Part shown: positions 6,173 to 16,543 of the stretch, piece after piece
Layout: every line of letters starts with the position of its first letter
Numbering within the stretch: the stretch's first letter is position 1
Origin: a virus
Taxonomy: Duplodnaviria; Caudoviricetes
Reading direction: 5' to 3' (one strand)
DNA: 58,890 nt
IMG/VR virus record: IMGVR_UViG_3300049273_000019
Coordinates: 1 to 58,890 of that record
Position numbers and translations under genes: made by a program
The notes under the pieces: generated by a model
The model's input: the letters and a program-made list of their open reading frames with translations, nothing else
Database searches by the model: none
Told to the model about the DNA's origin: nothing

Positions 6173-8851
6173 TCAGCCTTCCACCGCGAGCCAGCGGAAC
6201 GTGATCTGCGTGGTGATGACCGCGCCTGACGCGTCGAACCACCTGCTCCGGAACTTGGTCTCGTCGATGCCGTCGACCATGTGCTGATAGGGGCTGTTGC
6301 CGCCGCTGATCGGTGACTCCCCCTCCAGAGTGACGATCGCCGGCACGAAGCCCGAGTTGTGTGTGACCGTGAGGTACCCCGACGAGTTCGGCGTGCCGGT
6401 GACGGTTCCGGTCTTCACGAGTTTCTCCTCATCGATCGGACGGATGTCAGGGCCCGGTTGCAGCAGGATCGGGCGTACCCGGCCGTCCCTGGTGTCGAGT
6501 TCCCAGCCGATCACCCGGGCCTGCGTCTGGATGCGGTTCGGGTGACGGTGGCCGATCAGGTCCAGTCCGGCGTCGTCACCCAACAGCCAGTCCACGTTCA
6601 ACCGCGGACTGGCGTCCCACCTGGACAGGACCTGCCATGTCACCGACCCGCCAGCGAGCCGCGCCAGTTCGGCGGCTGCGTGCGCGTCCAGGTCGGCGAC
6701 CGTCAGCGGTGTCGACGACGTCGGCGTGAACCTGCGCTCCCACCTGGCCTTGCCGGCTGGTGTGCCGACTGCTGGGGTGGATTGTGGCCGGGCGGCGCCT
6801 TCGCCGATCCCTGTGGCGATCACGTAGTCGGCGGCGCGGCCGTCGGTGTGGTCTTCCACCAGTGTGTATGTGGCTTCGGAAGCGGCCCGTGATCCGAACA
6901 CGCTGGCGGCGGTCACCGTGAACACCGGGTTCGGCGTAGGGGACGCCGTGCCGATGCGCGGCCGAATGCGGATGATCTTCGCCACCGCTCTGCGCTCCGC
7001 CGTCACCCAGTCAAGGTCAACCGTCCACTCCGGACCATCCCGGACGGCCATCAGCTCCCGCAGCGCGCGGTACAACGACACGTCGTCCCGGTCGCGGTAG
7101 CCGCGGTTTCGGAGCCGACCGGTCGGCACCGCGTCGATGATGAAGTTGCCGCCGGCCTTGTTAGCTTCGGCGGCGAGACCAGCACCGATCACGCTCACTT
7201 CGTCGTGTGCCGTCCACGCGTGGTCTCCGACGTAGACGTGCTCCAGGTAGCCCTCGACCGAAACGCAGCCGAGTACGAGGTCAGCGTCAGTGCCACCACG
7301 GCGGATCATCGGGATGCCACCCCACGATGGGACGTCGTGGACCACCTGCACCAACATCGTCCGCCGCGGCGTCGTCGCGGATTCCAGCAGGTCGATCGGG
7401 ACGTGGCCGGGCCCGCTCAGCGGGATCGGCACTCGCAGCTCCGTACTGGTGTACGCGCCGAGTACCCGGGACGTAGGCCCCTGCACATCCGGCAGTTCGG
7501 CGATCACGTCGCCGGATTCGAATTGGCAGGCCAGCCAGGTGACCCTGGTCCGGATTTCGGCGTGTGCGACTGACGGTGGGGCAGCTGGTGGCGGTTCGGT
7601 GAGGTCGACGGTGACCGCGTGGGATCGCCACGGGATCGTGCCGACGTATCCGGTGGCCGTGACGGTGATGAAGTCGCCGGTGTCAGCGACGTCGACGATG
7701 CCGTACTGGTTCCGGCCCGGTAACCAGCCCAGGTCGTACTGTGATCCGCTGCCGGTGCTCGGTGTCGCGTCCAGGCCGGCGGCCTGGAAAATCGGGAAGT
7801 GGCCGTGTGGGTTCGCGGCTGCCGAGCACAGGCCCAGGGCGTGGCTGTCGGCGGTGATGCACCACATCTGGGTGGCCCACCCAGTGTCGGTGAGCATCTG
7901 CGCGATCTCGTCGCGTTCCACGGTGTACCCGCCGGACCACGAGTCGGGGATCGTCCCCAGCCAGGGCGTGGGGTTCAACCACACCAAGAATTCGGCGTCG
8001 CTGGTCTCCAGGACGTTGCGCATCCACGACTTCTGAGCGGTGCCCAACATCGTCTTGGCGGCCGTGTCCGGGTCACTGGAAGGGCTCCGGTCGCTACGGG
8101 TGTCGGACAGGATGAACAGCACCCGGCCGCGCTGCCACGACTGGTACACCGGTTGCGCCCCGGTACCTGCCGGCAACGCGAAGCTGGGCACCCGAAGCCG
8201 GTGCACGCGACACGCGTTGTCCCTGCCGGGCGCCGTCCTATCGGAGTCGTTGGGTCCGAAGTCATGGTCGTCCCAGATGTACGACCACGGCATGGCCTTC
8301 GCCAGCAGTTGCTGGTTCGGTTGGAGCAGGTTGTCGTCGATCAGCCGGTGGTACGTCGCCTCGGACGCGTCGGGGACGTACACCCCGGAACCGGGGTCGT
8401 AGTACGCCCAGTCACCGAGGTTGACGAAGAATCGGGGCGTCTTCGGGTGAGTCGCGATCGTCGCGAAAACCGGGTGATTTGACAAGCGGTTCGGGACGAG
8501 GACCGCGCCCTGCCCGGGGTACTGCGGTGTCGCACCCGCGTCACCGGCGACCGCGAACGCGAACGACTCTGGTTGACCAACCTGTCCAGCGGTGCGGAAT
8601 GTGCCAATCCAACTGGTATCGAGCACGCCGGCGTCCTCGACGCCGTACCAATGGTCGGTGACGGCCGGCAGCCCGGCGAGGTCGACGATCCCGGCCGAGT
8701 TCACCGTGGCGACTGGCCCGAAATACTCCGCGTTGGACAGGTCGGCGTTGGTGGCTACCACGATGCGGACGTCGCCCGTACCGGTCGCCTTGACCGAGAC
8801 CCGGGCGGTGGAGGATGTGACCCCGCCAGACCAGGCATTGACCGTCGTCAA
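6173..8851 (-). CDS. PhoD-like metallophosphoesterase fused to baseplate hub/minor tail protein
   Basis: NLGDWAYYD, WDDHDFGPND, DTRSDRS, TMLGTAQKSW and ADSH PhoD motifs (aa ~1-415); Pro-rich linker; then Gp37-like hub (WLACQFESGDVIAELP...GPEWTVD). Confidence 0.85.
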   Translation of the reverse strand: MTTVNAWSGGVTSSTARVSVKATGTGDVRIVVATNADLSNAEYFGPVATVNSAGIVDLAGLPAVTDHWYGVEDAGVLDTSWIGTFRTAGQVGQPESFAFAVAGDAGATPQYPGQGAVLVPNRLSNHPVFATIATHPKTPRFFVNLGDWAYYDPGSGVYVPDASEATYHRLIDDNLLQPNQQLLAKAMPWSYIWDDHDFGPNDSDRTAPGRDNACRVHRLRVPSFALPAGTGAQPVYQSWQRGRVLFILSDTRSDRSPSSDPDTAAKTMLGTAQKSWMRNVLETSDAEFLVWLNPTPWLGTIPDSWSGGYTVERDEIAQMLTDTGWATQMWCITADSHALGLCSAAANPHGHFPIFQAAGLDATPSTGSGSQYDLGWLPGRNQYGIVDVADTGDFITVTATGYVGTIPWRSHAVTVDLTEPPPAAPPSVAHAEIRTRVTWLACQFESGDVIAELPDVQGPTSRVLGAYTSTELRVPIPLSGPGHVPIDLLESATTPRRTMLVQVVHDVPSWGGIPMIRRGGTDADLVLGCVSVEGYLEHVYVGDHAWTAHDEVSVIGAGLAAEANKAGGNFIIDAVPTGRLRNRGYRDRDDVSLYRALRELMAVRDGPEWTVDLDWVTAERRAVAKIIRIRPRIGTASPTPNPVFTVTAASVFGSRAASEATYTLVEDHTDGRAADYVIATGIGEGAARPQSTPAVGTPAGKARWERRFTPTSSTPLTVADLDAHAAAELARLAGGSVTWQVLSRWDASPRLNVDWLLGDDAGLDLIGHRHPNRIQTQARVIGWELDTRDGRVRPILLQPGPDIRPIDEEKLVKTGTVTGTPNSSGYLTVTHNSGFVPAIVTLEGESPISGGNSPYQHMVDGIDETKFRSRWFDASGAVITTQITFRWLAVEG

Positions 8852-8854
8852 CGG

Positions 8855-10084
8855 CTACGCCTTCGGGAACGTGATCGGGATACGGATCGTGTTCCCGTTG
8901 GTTATCAGACCACCTGGCGTCCAGGACCGGATGTCCACCGTGCCGTCCGTGTTGAAACGGACCTCGCCGTCGCTGATGCCGTCACCGCAGGACCCGTACC
9001 AGGTTTGGATGGGCCGCCACCCGGCCGGCAACGTCGCACACACGGTGTCGGCGATGTTGCCGCTGGAGCTCGGGGTGATGTCCGCGCCGGTGCGGGCGAC
9101 GGAAAGCAGACCCACGATGAACGGCCCCCACCGCCAGGCGTTGAAGGCGCTCAGCGAGAAGCCGCTGGCGGCGGTTGCTCCGGAGCTGGTGGTGGAGACA
9201 ACGCTGGTGACGACATCCCAGCCGGTGCCGTTGTACCGTTTCAGTTCGTCGCTGTCCCAGTGATCCGCATACGTGCCTTCGTACAGACCCTGCGTGGGCA
9301 GTTCGACAACGCTTCGGACGGGCAGGATCCCGCCGACAGCGACGGTCCACAGTGCGTTGACCGTCACGGTAGGGCTGCCGCCGCCGCTTACTGGGACGTC
9401 CACTGTGGCGATCCGAATAGCGCCGGTCGGCACCGCCGGTTCGCCCGGGCTCGGCGCCGCCGTCCCTTTCACCACATAGGACCGCACCCTCCGTTGCCCG
9501 GACGCGTCCTCATCGTGGTCCTCGACACCGATCACAACGATGTCTTTGCGGGGGTTCGCCTCCGCGTCCACCAGGCTGTGTGACTCCGCCTGCAGCGCGA
9601 AGTCGTACGGTCCGGCGAGGGCGTTGACGCCGGGGTCGATGACGCCGAGGTTGTGCTGCACCGTGACTGTGGTCCCGGAGATGGTGACCGCCGCTGATCC
9701 TCCCGGGCGCAGACCGGAACGGGCACCGAATCGGGATATGGCACCGGGGTGTTTGAGCACCGCGCCGAGGCGGCGCATCTCAGCCGCGGTGTATACGGGG
9801 GTGGCCCGGTACACGGCCGCACCACCATCGGCGGTGAACAGCATCGGAGAGTCTCCGGGGGCGGCCGCGATCGCGAACGAGTTCGCGGTGACGTCGCGGG
9901 CGTAGTAGATGGCGTTGGTGCTCAGCACGCCAACCGCGCCGCCGGTCAGGGTGTCAACTACTACCGGGTCGCCCGCGACCAGGCCGTGAGCCGCGATGGT
10001 GAACAGGTCGGTGGCAGCGGCGATCGTCGCCGTGCCGATGGTGGCGCCTTTCCCGGCCTTGATCCACGCCGGTTTGTCGACCAC
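8855..10084 (-). CDS. Minor tail protein / receptor-binding candidate
   Basis: NPRKDIVV motif, LPAGWRP C-terminal fibre motif; position in tail module. Confidence 0.8.
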   Translation of the reverse strand: MVDKPAWIKAGKGATIGTATIAAATDLFTIAAHGLVAGDPVVVDTLTGGAVGVLSTNAIYYARDVTANSFAIAAAPGDSPMLFTADGGAAVYRATPVYTAAEMRRLGAVLKHPGAISRFGARSGLRPGGSAAVTISGTTVTVQHNLGVIDPGVNALAGPYDFALQAESHSLVDAEANPRKDIVVIGVEDHDEDASGQRRVRSYVVKGTAAPSPGEPAVPTGAIRIATVDVPVSGGGSPTVTVNALWTVAVGGILPVRSVVELPTQGLYEGTYADHWDSDELKRYNGTGWDVVTSVVSTTSSGATAASGFSLSAFNAWRWGPFIVGLLSVARTGADITPSSSGNIADTVCATLPAGWRPIQTWYGSCGDGISDGEVRFNTDGTVDIRSWTPGGLITNGNTIRIPITFPKA

Positions 10085-10165
10085 AGTGTTCTCCCTCCGA
10101 CGTAGATCAGGACTTCAGGCCAGGTACCAGACCGTCACGCACACCGGCGGTCGCCGGTGGCCTGG

Positions 10166-11032
10166 TCACCACCAGGCGGACCGCCACGTGGCGGTCAACT
10201 GGGCCGCTGCCTGGTACTCGGCGGCATGGAACGAGAGCTCGTGAGCCGCGGGTGGAAGTTCGAAGAACTCCCCTGCCGTGTCGCCGCGCCTGCTGTTGGT
10301 CGGGATGCCGTTGAGCAGCACCGACTTGGCGGCGGTGTCGACGTCCAGCCACTGCCCCACTGCCAAGGTGATCGCGAACCGGAGGGTCTTGACCGTGCCG
10401 TCGGCGGTCCGTAGCACGACCCGTGGGTCGGTGACCGGCCCATCGATCCGGAGCAGCATCGCCGTGTCGGCGGTGCCGTCGTTGATGACCGTTGCGATCC
10501 CGCCGACCTGCGTTGACTCGATGGCCAGGGGCACCGTCACCGGCACCGAGAGCCCACCTGTGTAGACCGGCAGGCTCAGCACCGCGGTGGACTGGTCGCC
10601 GGCGTAGATCAGCGGGTTGAGCGCGACGAACGCGGCCTGGGTGACGGCGTACCCGAGCCCGATGTTCTCCATGTCCGGGTCGGACATCCGTGGCCGCCCG
10701 GACATGATGTACTCACGGCCGCCGAGGCAGAAGCGCATCTCGACGTCGCTGACGCTGTCGCCGACCGGCCGGAACGCGGCCGCCAGCCGCTGGTGTGATT
10801 CCATCCATCCGGTGACGTCCCGGCGGGCCCGGTTCTCGGCGAGGATCCGCATCGGCACGACGCGGGCTTCTGCCCACTCGGCGCCGGACCAGCCGCCGTG
10901 TGCCCAGGCTCGCTCGCCCGATCCGGTAGCTCGTGCGTTCAGCCGGAATGGGTTGAAGCCGCCGATCCGGTAATCAGTGTTCGGGCCCATGAGAAGGTCC
11001 CGGATCTGCACCTGGCCCTCAGCGAGCGGCAT
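10166..11032 (-). CDS. Distal tail (Dit) protein
   Basis: Directly follows tape measure (TGATG overlap); ends WRSAWW. Confidence 0.8.
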   Translation of the reverse strand: MPLAEGQVQIRDLLMGPNTDYRIGGFNPFRLNARATGSGERAWAHGGWSGAEWAEARVVPMRILAENRARRDVTGWMESHQRLAAAFRPVGDSVSDVEMRFCLGGREYIMSGRPRMSDPDMENIGLGYAVTQAAFVALNPLIYAGDQSTAVLSLPVYTGGLSVPVTVPLAIESTQVGGIATVINDGTADTAMLLRIDGPVTDPRVVLRTADGTVKTLRFAITLAVGQWLDVDTAAKSVLLNGIPTNSRRGDTAGEFFELPPAAHELSFHAAEYQAAAQLTATWRSAWW

Positions 11033-13647
11033 CAGATGGCCCCGCGCGATGCGAGTTCGTCCTGTATCTGGCGCACCGAGAATCGGTCGGTCCAGGCTTG
11101 GACGTTGAGGTTTTCGACAGTCACACCGCCGCTTGCTGCGGCTGGTTGCTGCTGTGGACCCCAGGTGACGTGTCCGCCGAGCCACTGGGTGACCACGTGT
11201 CCGGCGATGTCACGGGACCTGGCCAGGTCACCGTCCTTGGGAATGAACGCTTCCCCGCGCGTCTCGGGTTCTGCGAACGCATACAGGGGACCGTTCCCGG
11301 GAAAGACCGATGCCTCGTCGAGTAACCCGACACGTGCCTCGCGGATGCCGCCCCACCGCTCCGGGATACGCCCCTCAGGCAGCCGGGCGTACGTGTCGCC
11401 CCGGATATCGGTGTAGATCACGATGCGGCGCCCGTTCAACCACTGGAGCTGGCCCCGCAACGCCTTCGCCATCGCCTGCGCGGCTCCGAGTCCGGGTGTC
11501 TTGATGTTCACGGTGACCGAATCCGGCATTCGAGCGAAGGTCCCGATCAGGCTGTCGACCTGCGCTTCGGTCAGACCGGCGGCCCGTAGCGTCGCCCTCA
11601 ACGCGGAGATGTGCCGCTGATACTCGGCGCTGGCGGCCTCAACGCTGCCGGTCTCCTGATATTTCGCCTCGGCTGCGGCGGCGGCCGCTTCCACCGCGTC
11701 CAGCAGGGCCTGCTTGTTGGCCCTACCCTTCTCGGTGTTCGCGTCCATCGTCCGGCCGTTCGCCCGCAGACTCTCGGTCAACGCGTCCGCGGACTCCAGG
11801 GCCGCGATCTCAGCACGGGCGTAGTCGATCGCGCCGCCGTTCAATTCGTCGAACACGCTGATGAGCGAACGGCCCGCGGCCGCCGCCGCTTCCAGACCCA
11901 CCGCGAGGAGTTCCGCCCCACTTGCCGCCTCGACGCTGGCCGTCTTGGATCCGTTGAGCGCGGCAAAATATTCGGGGAACGCGACCTGCAACTCTCGCAG
12001 GGAGATGCCTTGCTTGGCGGCGGCAGCCCGAAGCCGCTCAAACGCCGCTTCGGCCTGGTCGGCGTGCCCACCTTGGACCAGCTCGGCCAGGGCGCCGTCG
12101 AGGTTGGAGATGTTCTCCCGGGCGTGCAGGACGCTGTCGTCCACCACGGATCCGAGACCGGTGAGACCTTCGATCGTCTCGGCCAAACCGGTGCCAAACC
12201 GGGACCAGCCGTCGTCGGCGAACACGAGGATGTCGTCTTTGAACGCCGACATGTCCGCGCCGAGGGCCCTGGTGGTCTCGCCTGCGATGCGGCCGGTGTC
12301 GCCGTACCTGGCCAGGTCAGCGGTCAGCAACCGCAACCGATCGGATGAGAGGGTCGTCGAGTCGCCGAACGCTGCGGAAGCGATCTGCAGGCCGGCGAGG
12401 ATCGCAGCGAGGCGACCGAGCCCGGACGCGGCGCCCGCCCCAGCGGGGCCGAGCTGCGACACCCGCGTGAGCGTGGCCTGGGTGGCCACACCCAACCGGA
12501 CCACCGCCGTGGTGGCCGGGCCTGCCACGGCTGCCAGCAACACCACCGTGGCCACCACCGCTTGGACGGGCGCCGGCAACACGGCGAACACGTCCGCGAC
12601 CACACCCACCGCACTGGCCAGGCCCTGGATCGAGGACACCAGGACCATCACGGCGGCCTGCGAACCCGGCGAGGCAAGAACGGTCAGCAAAGCGCCAGAC
12701 AGCGTCGACAACGCGTCCAGCAGCCCACCCACCGCGTCACCGGCCCCGCTGAACAGGCGCTCCAGATCCCCGGACGCCTGCATCTGCCCGATCGTGGCCC
12801 GCCAGTCCACCACCAGCCGGGACAGGTCACCAACCAGCTCCTCCACGAACCCGGACCCGGCCTCGCTCAAATCCAGCCAGAAACCGACACCGTTCTGCGT
12901 CAGCGTGTTCAGCCGCTCCAACGTGCTGTTGGTCCGCGCGAGGATCCGGTCGATCTGGTCGACCTGCTCCGCCTCGGACAGATACTCCAACGTGGAACTG
13001 GTGACCTCACCCAACGTGCCGGAGATCGCGCCCAACCGGCGGTCCAGCGTGGGCAGAGTGGACCCCGCCAGGTCCTCAAAATCTCCAGCCAAACGCGACC
13101 AGAACTGCTCCTGCATCGTGACCCGCAACCCCGACAGCTGCGCACGCACACCGAGCAGCTCACCCACCATCGCCCGCGCCGACGGGCTGAGATCACGCAT
13201 CGCCGCACCGAACTCACGGCCGTCCTCAGCAGCCGCCTCCAAAGCGGTGCCCATCCCCGCGAACGCCGGCGCCACCGCCGCGGCCGCGATCGCACCGGCC
13301 GTGATCGCCGCCGGGATCCCCAACAGCGCCCCGGTGGCCGGGCCAGCCACTCCGGACAGCGCGCCCACCACGGCGTGGAACCCACGCAGTGAAGACGAGG
13401 TGCCATGCGCCGACCGGGAGACCTTGTCCAAATCGCCGCTGAGCCGATCCCCCATCCGCGATGAAGCTTTGTCGAGGTCGCCGATCCGGACCACCAACGT
13501 CTTCAGGCTTTGGTCAGCCGACCGGGACGAGGCCTCCACTTTGGACCCGAACTCGACCGACTTGGCAGCCGACTTGTCATACGCCCGGACCAGCGACGAC
13601 TCATCGCCCTTGATCTTGACCGTGATCGACCGGACCACACGGCTCAC
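11032..13647 (-). CDS. Tape measure protein
   Basis: 871 aa, Ala/Gly-rich helical; C-terminal FAEPETRGEAFIP; follows chaperones. Confidence 0.9.
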   Translation of the reverse strand: MSRVVRSITVKIKGDESSLVRAYDKSAAKSVEFGSKVEASSRSADQSLKTLVVRIGDLDKASSRMGDRLSGDLDKVSRSAHGTSSSLRGFHAVVGALSGVAGPATGALLGIPAAITAGAIAAAAVAPAFAGMGTALEAAAEDGREFGAAMRDLSPSARAMVGELLGVRAQLSGLRVTMQEQFWSRLAGDFEDLAGSTLPTLDRRLGAISGTLGEVTSSTLEYLSEAEQVDQIDRILARTNSTLERLNTLTQNGVGFWLDLSEAGSGFVEELVGDLSRLVVDWRATIGQMQASGDLERLFSGAGDAVGGLLDALSTLSGALLTVLASPGSQAAVMVLVSSIQGLASAVGVVADVFAVLPAPVQAVVATVVLLAAVAGPATTAVVRLGVATQATLTRVSQLGPAGAGAASGLGRLAAILAGLQIASAAFGDSTTLSSDRLRLLTADLARYGDTGRIAGETTRALGADMSAFKDDILVFADDGWSRFGTGLAETIEGLTGLGSVVDDSVLHARENISNLDGALAELVQGGHADQAEAAFERLRAAAAKQGISLRELQVAFPEYFAALNGSKTASVEAASGAELLAVGLEAAAAAGRSLISVFDELNGGAIDYARAEIAALESADALTESLRANGRTMDANTEKGRANKQALLDAVEAAAAAAEAKYQETGSVEAASAEYQRHISALRATLRAAGLTEAQVDSLIGTFARMPDSVTVNIKTPGLGAAQAMAKALRGQLQWLNGRRIVIYTDIRGDTYARLPEGRIPERWGGIREARVGLLDEASVFPGNGPLYAFAEPETRGEAFIPKDGDLARSRDIAGHVVTQWLGGHVTWGPQQQPAAASGGVTVENLNVQAWTDRFSVRQIQDELASRGAI

Positions 13648-13677
13648 GCCACCACCACCTTCCCTTCAACGTTCGGG

Positions 13678-14097
13678 TCAGGTGGTGGTGCGTGCGGGCC
13701 GGAACCGCAGGCCCCGGTGAAGGTGCCGGTCCTCACCGCTGGCGTAGTTGTCACGGACCGCGTCCAGGACTCGACACGCCTGGCAGATCACCTGCTCAAC
13801 CGTCCACGTGCCAGACGTCGCCGGGTTGTGCGCTTCCTCGGCGGGTTGGCCGCATCCGCCGCACCGGGTGGCCTCATCGCGGATGAACGCGATCGCCCAA
13901 CCACGGTCCTCGTCGGTCCATTCCGGGTCCCATGTGGTGACCGACCGGGCCATCCGGCCCGCGCTGTCGTATTCGTACTCGGTGACGGCTCGGCGCCGGG
14001 CCCCCAGAAAATGGGACCGTGACATGCCCCAGCGGGCAGCCGCCGCTAGCTCTTCGTGGTCTGAGCCAGAAGTTCGGAGGCGGCGGAAGAGAAAGGG
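13678..14097 (-). CDS. Tail assembly chaperone, frameshift extension (gpGT-like)
   Basis: -1 frame entered at slippery heptamer C CCT TTC (14097-14091); PEWTDEDRGWAIA and CxxC motifs. Confidence 0.7.
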   Translation of the reverse strand, partial: PFLFRRLRTSGSDHEELAAAARWGMSRSHFLGARRRAVTEYEYDSAGRMARSVTTWDPEWTDEDRGWAIAFIRDEATRCGGCGQPAEEAHNPATSGTWTVEQVICQACRVLDAVRDNYASGEDRHLHRGLRFRPARTTT

Positions 14098-14576
14098 ACG
14101 CGGGTGCGGCCCTCGTTGACGTTGAAGGCCAGGTCGCCGAGGGCTACCACGTCTCCGTAGGCGAGGCGTCCGAACAAGACGAGCGCTTTCTCCACGGTGA
14201 CGACTGGATCCACGCAGCAGGCCTCCAGCAGCTTCGCCCGGTACGCGTTGAGCCGCCTGACGTGTTCCGACTCCGAGTCGCCGTCCCGCTTTTTGGGCAT
14301 CTTGGCCCGCAGGTCGGGCCACTCCTCGGAGCCGAGAGCGCGCACCGTGAACGTGTGCTCGTGGCGTCGCATCTCCTCCTGCAGCTCGCTCATCTGCTCG
14401 GCGATCGTCACCGCGGCGGGTGCGTCGTCGCCGAGTGACACCCGTTGCCTGGGTGCGTGCGTGAGTTGCGCTTCCAGTTCGCGGTAGCGAGCGACCAGGT
14501 CGCCACGGACGCAGATGGTGAGCGAGTCTTCGGGGAGTTTCGCGTCGTCGATGATGTCGTCGATACTCGTCATCAC
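14046..14576 (-). CDS. Tail assembly chaperone (gpG-like)
   Basis: Between major tail and tape measure; ends VPFSSAAS. Confidence 0.8.
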   Translation of the reverse strand: MMTSIDDIIDDAKLPEDSLTICVRGDLVARYRELEAQLTHAPRQRVSLGDDAPAAVTIAEQMSELQEEMRRHEHTFTVRALGSEEWPDLRAKMPKKRDGDSESEHVRRLNAYRAKLLEACCVDPVVTVEKALVLFGRLAYGDVVALGDLAFNVNEGRTRVPFSSAASELLAQTTKS

Positions 14577-15064
14577 GCCGCCACCAACGCCCGGATGTCA
14601 GTCCTCTCAGCGTCTTCGACGAAGAACGGCTGCCTGAAGATCCACAGCCCGTCAGGTGCAGGCGCAGCGGGGTCGGATTCCCCCGATTCCAACCGATACA
14701 CACGGACTCGCTGCCCGGCGGCCCACGCGTCGGCCTTGGGGATGCCTTCCCGGATCACCAGGAATCCCAGGGTGCCGAAGGGGAACAGGTCCCAGGGTCC
14801 ATCGGGGCCGCTGGCGGACTGGTGCTGGAACGTGATCATCACGTCGTAGTCGACCCGGCCAGCCTTGGCCGCGTTCTTCCTTGACCCGAGATTCGACGCG
14901 TTTACCTTGCTGGTGGATGACTTGATGTCGAGGCCGTCGGGTGTGATCCAGTTCTGGATGTCCGTGGCGGCGGTCAACTCCGGAACCGCCGGTGCTGAGT
15001 GGTTCGTCAATGCCGCGGCCCACGTGCACCGGACCTTGCCGTCGATCAGGATGACAGCCATCAT
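14573..15064 (-). CDS. Major tail tube protein
   Basis: P.VPELTAA, ITPDGL, GFLVIREG..WAAGQRVRVY typical of actinophage tube proteins. Confidence 0.85.
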   Translation of the reverse strand: MMAVILIDGKVRCTWAAALTNHSAPAVPELTAATDIQNWITPDGLDIKSSTSKVNASNLGSRKNAAKAGRVDYDVMITFQHQSASGPDGPWDLFPFGTLGFLVIREGIPKADAWAAGQRVRVYRLESGESDPAAPAPDGLWIFRQPFFVEDAERTDIRALVAA

Positions 15065-15399
15065 CGCTCCTTGTCAGGGTCGGTGGCCGCAGCGGTCCGG
15101 GCCGACTTGCGTGGGGTTCGTTTCGTGGTGTCCTGGCTGTCGTCGTGCGGCGAGTCGGGGACAGCCTCCGGTGCCGGCGCTGGTTCGGAGGGCTCAGTGC
15201 CGGTCTCTGGCTCGGCATCGGCGTCCCGGATCGGATCGGCGTCCACATAGTCAGCGAGGTCGAAGTCCCGATGGTCGTCGTCACGCCACTCGGACACGCG
15301 AACCCAGCCGCCGGACTCGTGGAACACGAGGGCAGACTCCGCCACCACCGTCAACTGGATGGCCGAGGCCTCACCACGGCGGATCACACACCAACGCAT
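15061..15399 (-). CDS. Hypothetical structural-module protein
   Basis: In operon; low-complexity C-terminus. Confidence 0.6.
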   Translation of the reverse strand: MRWCVIRRGEASAIQLTVVAESALVFHESGGWVRVSEWRDDDHRDFDLADYVDADPIRDADAEPETGTEPSEPAPAPEAVPDSPHDDSQDTTKRTPRKSARTAAATDPDKER

Positions 15400-15405
15400 C
15401 AGCGG

Positions 15406-15747
15406 TCACACCCTCAACGCGAGTACGGTCAGGGCGGTGACACCGGAGTAGGTCAGTGCCGCTTTCCCGGTGGTCGGGTTCACCGCCGACGGCGGCACGT
15501 AGATGCGCCGTTTCCCACCCGATGCGGGCACCGAGACAGGGGTGATGGTGCCCGGGTTACCAGAGGCAGTCTTGCCGGGGTCTGCCACAGAGACGGTCTG
15601 CGCCGCAGAATGGCCGTTGACGACCTCGATCCAACACCGGCCAGTCAAAACGTCAGCGGCGGACAGGTCGTCACCGCCAGCGGCGGCCGAGCTGGGGGTG
15701 GGGTCCACGCCCGCCGCAGTGACGGCGTAGACCTGCAAGGTGGCCAT
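15406..15747 (-). CDS. Small beta-rich virion protein
   Basis: GGAGG RBS; in neck/tail cluster. Confidence 0.7.
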   Translation of the reverse strand: MATLQVYAVTAAGVDPTPSSAAAGGDDLSAADVLTGRCWIEVVNGHSAAQTVSVADPGKTASGNPGTITPVSVPASGGKRRIYVPPSAVNPTTGKAALTYSGVTALTVLALRV

Positions 15748-15764
15748 GATTCCTCCGGTAGGGC

Positions 15765-16193
15765 TCAGGTGCGGGTTGCGGTGAACTCGTACTCGCAGAT
15801 CGCGTAAAACAAGGGCTGCCCGGTGGCGGGGTCCCTGGACGTCTCGTCCGGACGCACCATCGGCGGCGGACCCGGCTGGCTGATCGGACCGCAGTCGTAA
15901 CCGGCCACCACCGGGACCTGGCCGACGAGAGTCTGCGCACCGTCAGCCGCTCCCTGGGTCTCGTCCGGGTCGCGGCCGACGAAGGTGATCTGGCAGGCCC
16001 ACGTGGCAGCAGCGTGTTCACCGTTGAGTCCGGTCCGCTGCGCCCACGGCGTGCGCGGGTACAGGACGGCATGCGGGTAGGTGGGTTCGGCGGGGGCACG
16101 GCCGATGTGGACGGTGACGGTGGTGCCGTCGTAGACGGTGCCGAGCATCGCCCCGAACTGGGTGGTGAGGACCCTGCCCTCGACCGCCGTCAC
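15765..16193 (-). CDS. Tail terminator-like protein
   Basis: PYPHAVLY-like motif, QITFVG; follows gp10-like gene. Confidence 0.7.
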   Translation of the reverse strand: MTAVEGRVLTTQFGAMLGTVYDGTTVTVHIGRAPAEPTYPHAVLYPRTPWAQRTGLNGEHAAATWACQITFVGRDPDETQGAADGAQTLVGQVPVVAGYDCGPISQPGPPPMVRPDETSRDPATGQPLFYAICEYEFTATRT

Positions 16194-16543
16194 CGGCCCT
16201 CCATCCCCAGCATGCTGATCTCCCCGGCCGCCTCCACCAGCTCGGGGAAACGCCGGTCCGCCGCTGGACGCATGAACGGCTGCGGAGCCATCCGCGACGT
16301 GCCCAGTTCGACGTATCCGCCGTACTCAGCCTCGGGACCGATCTCTGCGGTCAGGGTCGTCTCGTCAACGTCGGTGGTGATGGAATTCTGGAGGAACCCA
16401 GTGTCGACCGGGGCGAGTACCTTGCCGTCGGCTTCGATATCGAGAGCGGTCTTGCTGATGGCCAGGCCGAACAGCGGATGGACGGCGGCCCCTGTGGTGG
16501 TGAAGTCCCTGATCAGATGGTCCAAGCCCTCCACATCGGACAT
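16190..16543 (-). CDS. HK97 gp10-like neck protein
   Basis: APVDTGFLQNSI, YVELGTSRMAPQPFMRPA. Confidence 0.9.
   Translation of the reverse strand: MSDVEGLDHLIRDFTTTGAAVHPLFGLAISKTALDIEADGKVLAPVDTGFLQNSITTDVDETTLTAEIGPEAEYGGYVELGTSRMAPQPFMRPAADRRFPELVEAAGEISMLGMEGR

Noticed and set aside
5573-10084. Diversity-generating retroelement or invertible tail-fibre cassette
   Set aside because: No reverse transcriptase, no TR/VR pair, and no inverted repeats flanking the tail genes were seen.
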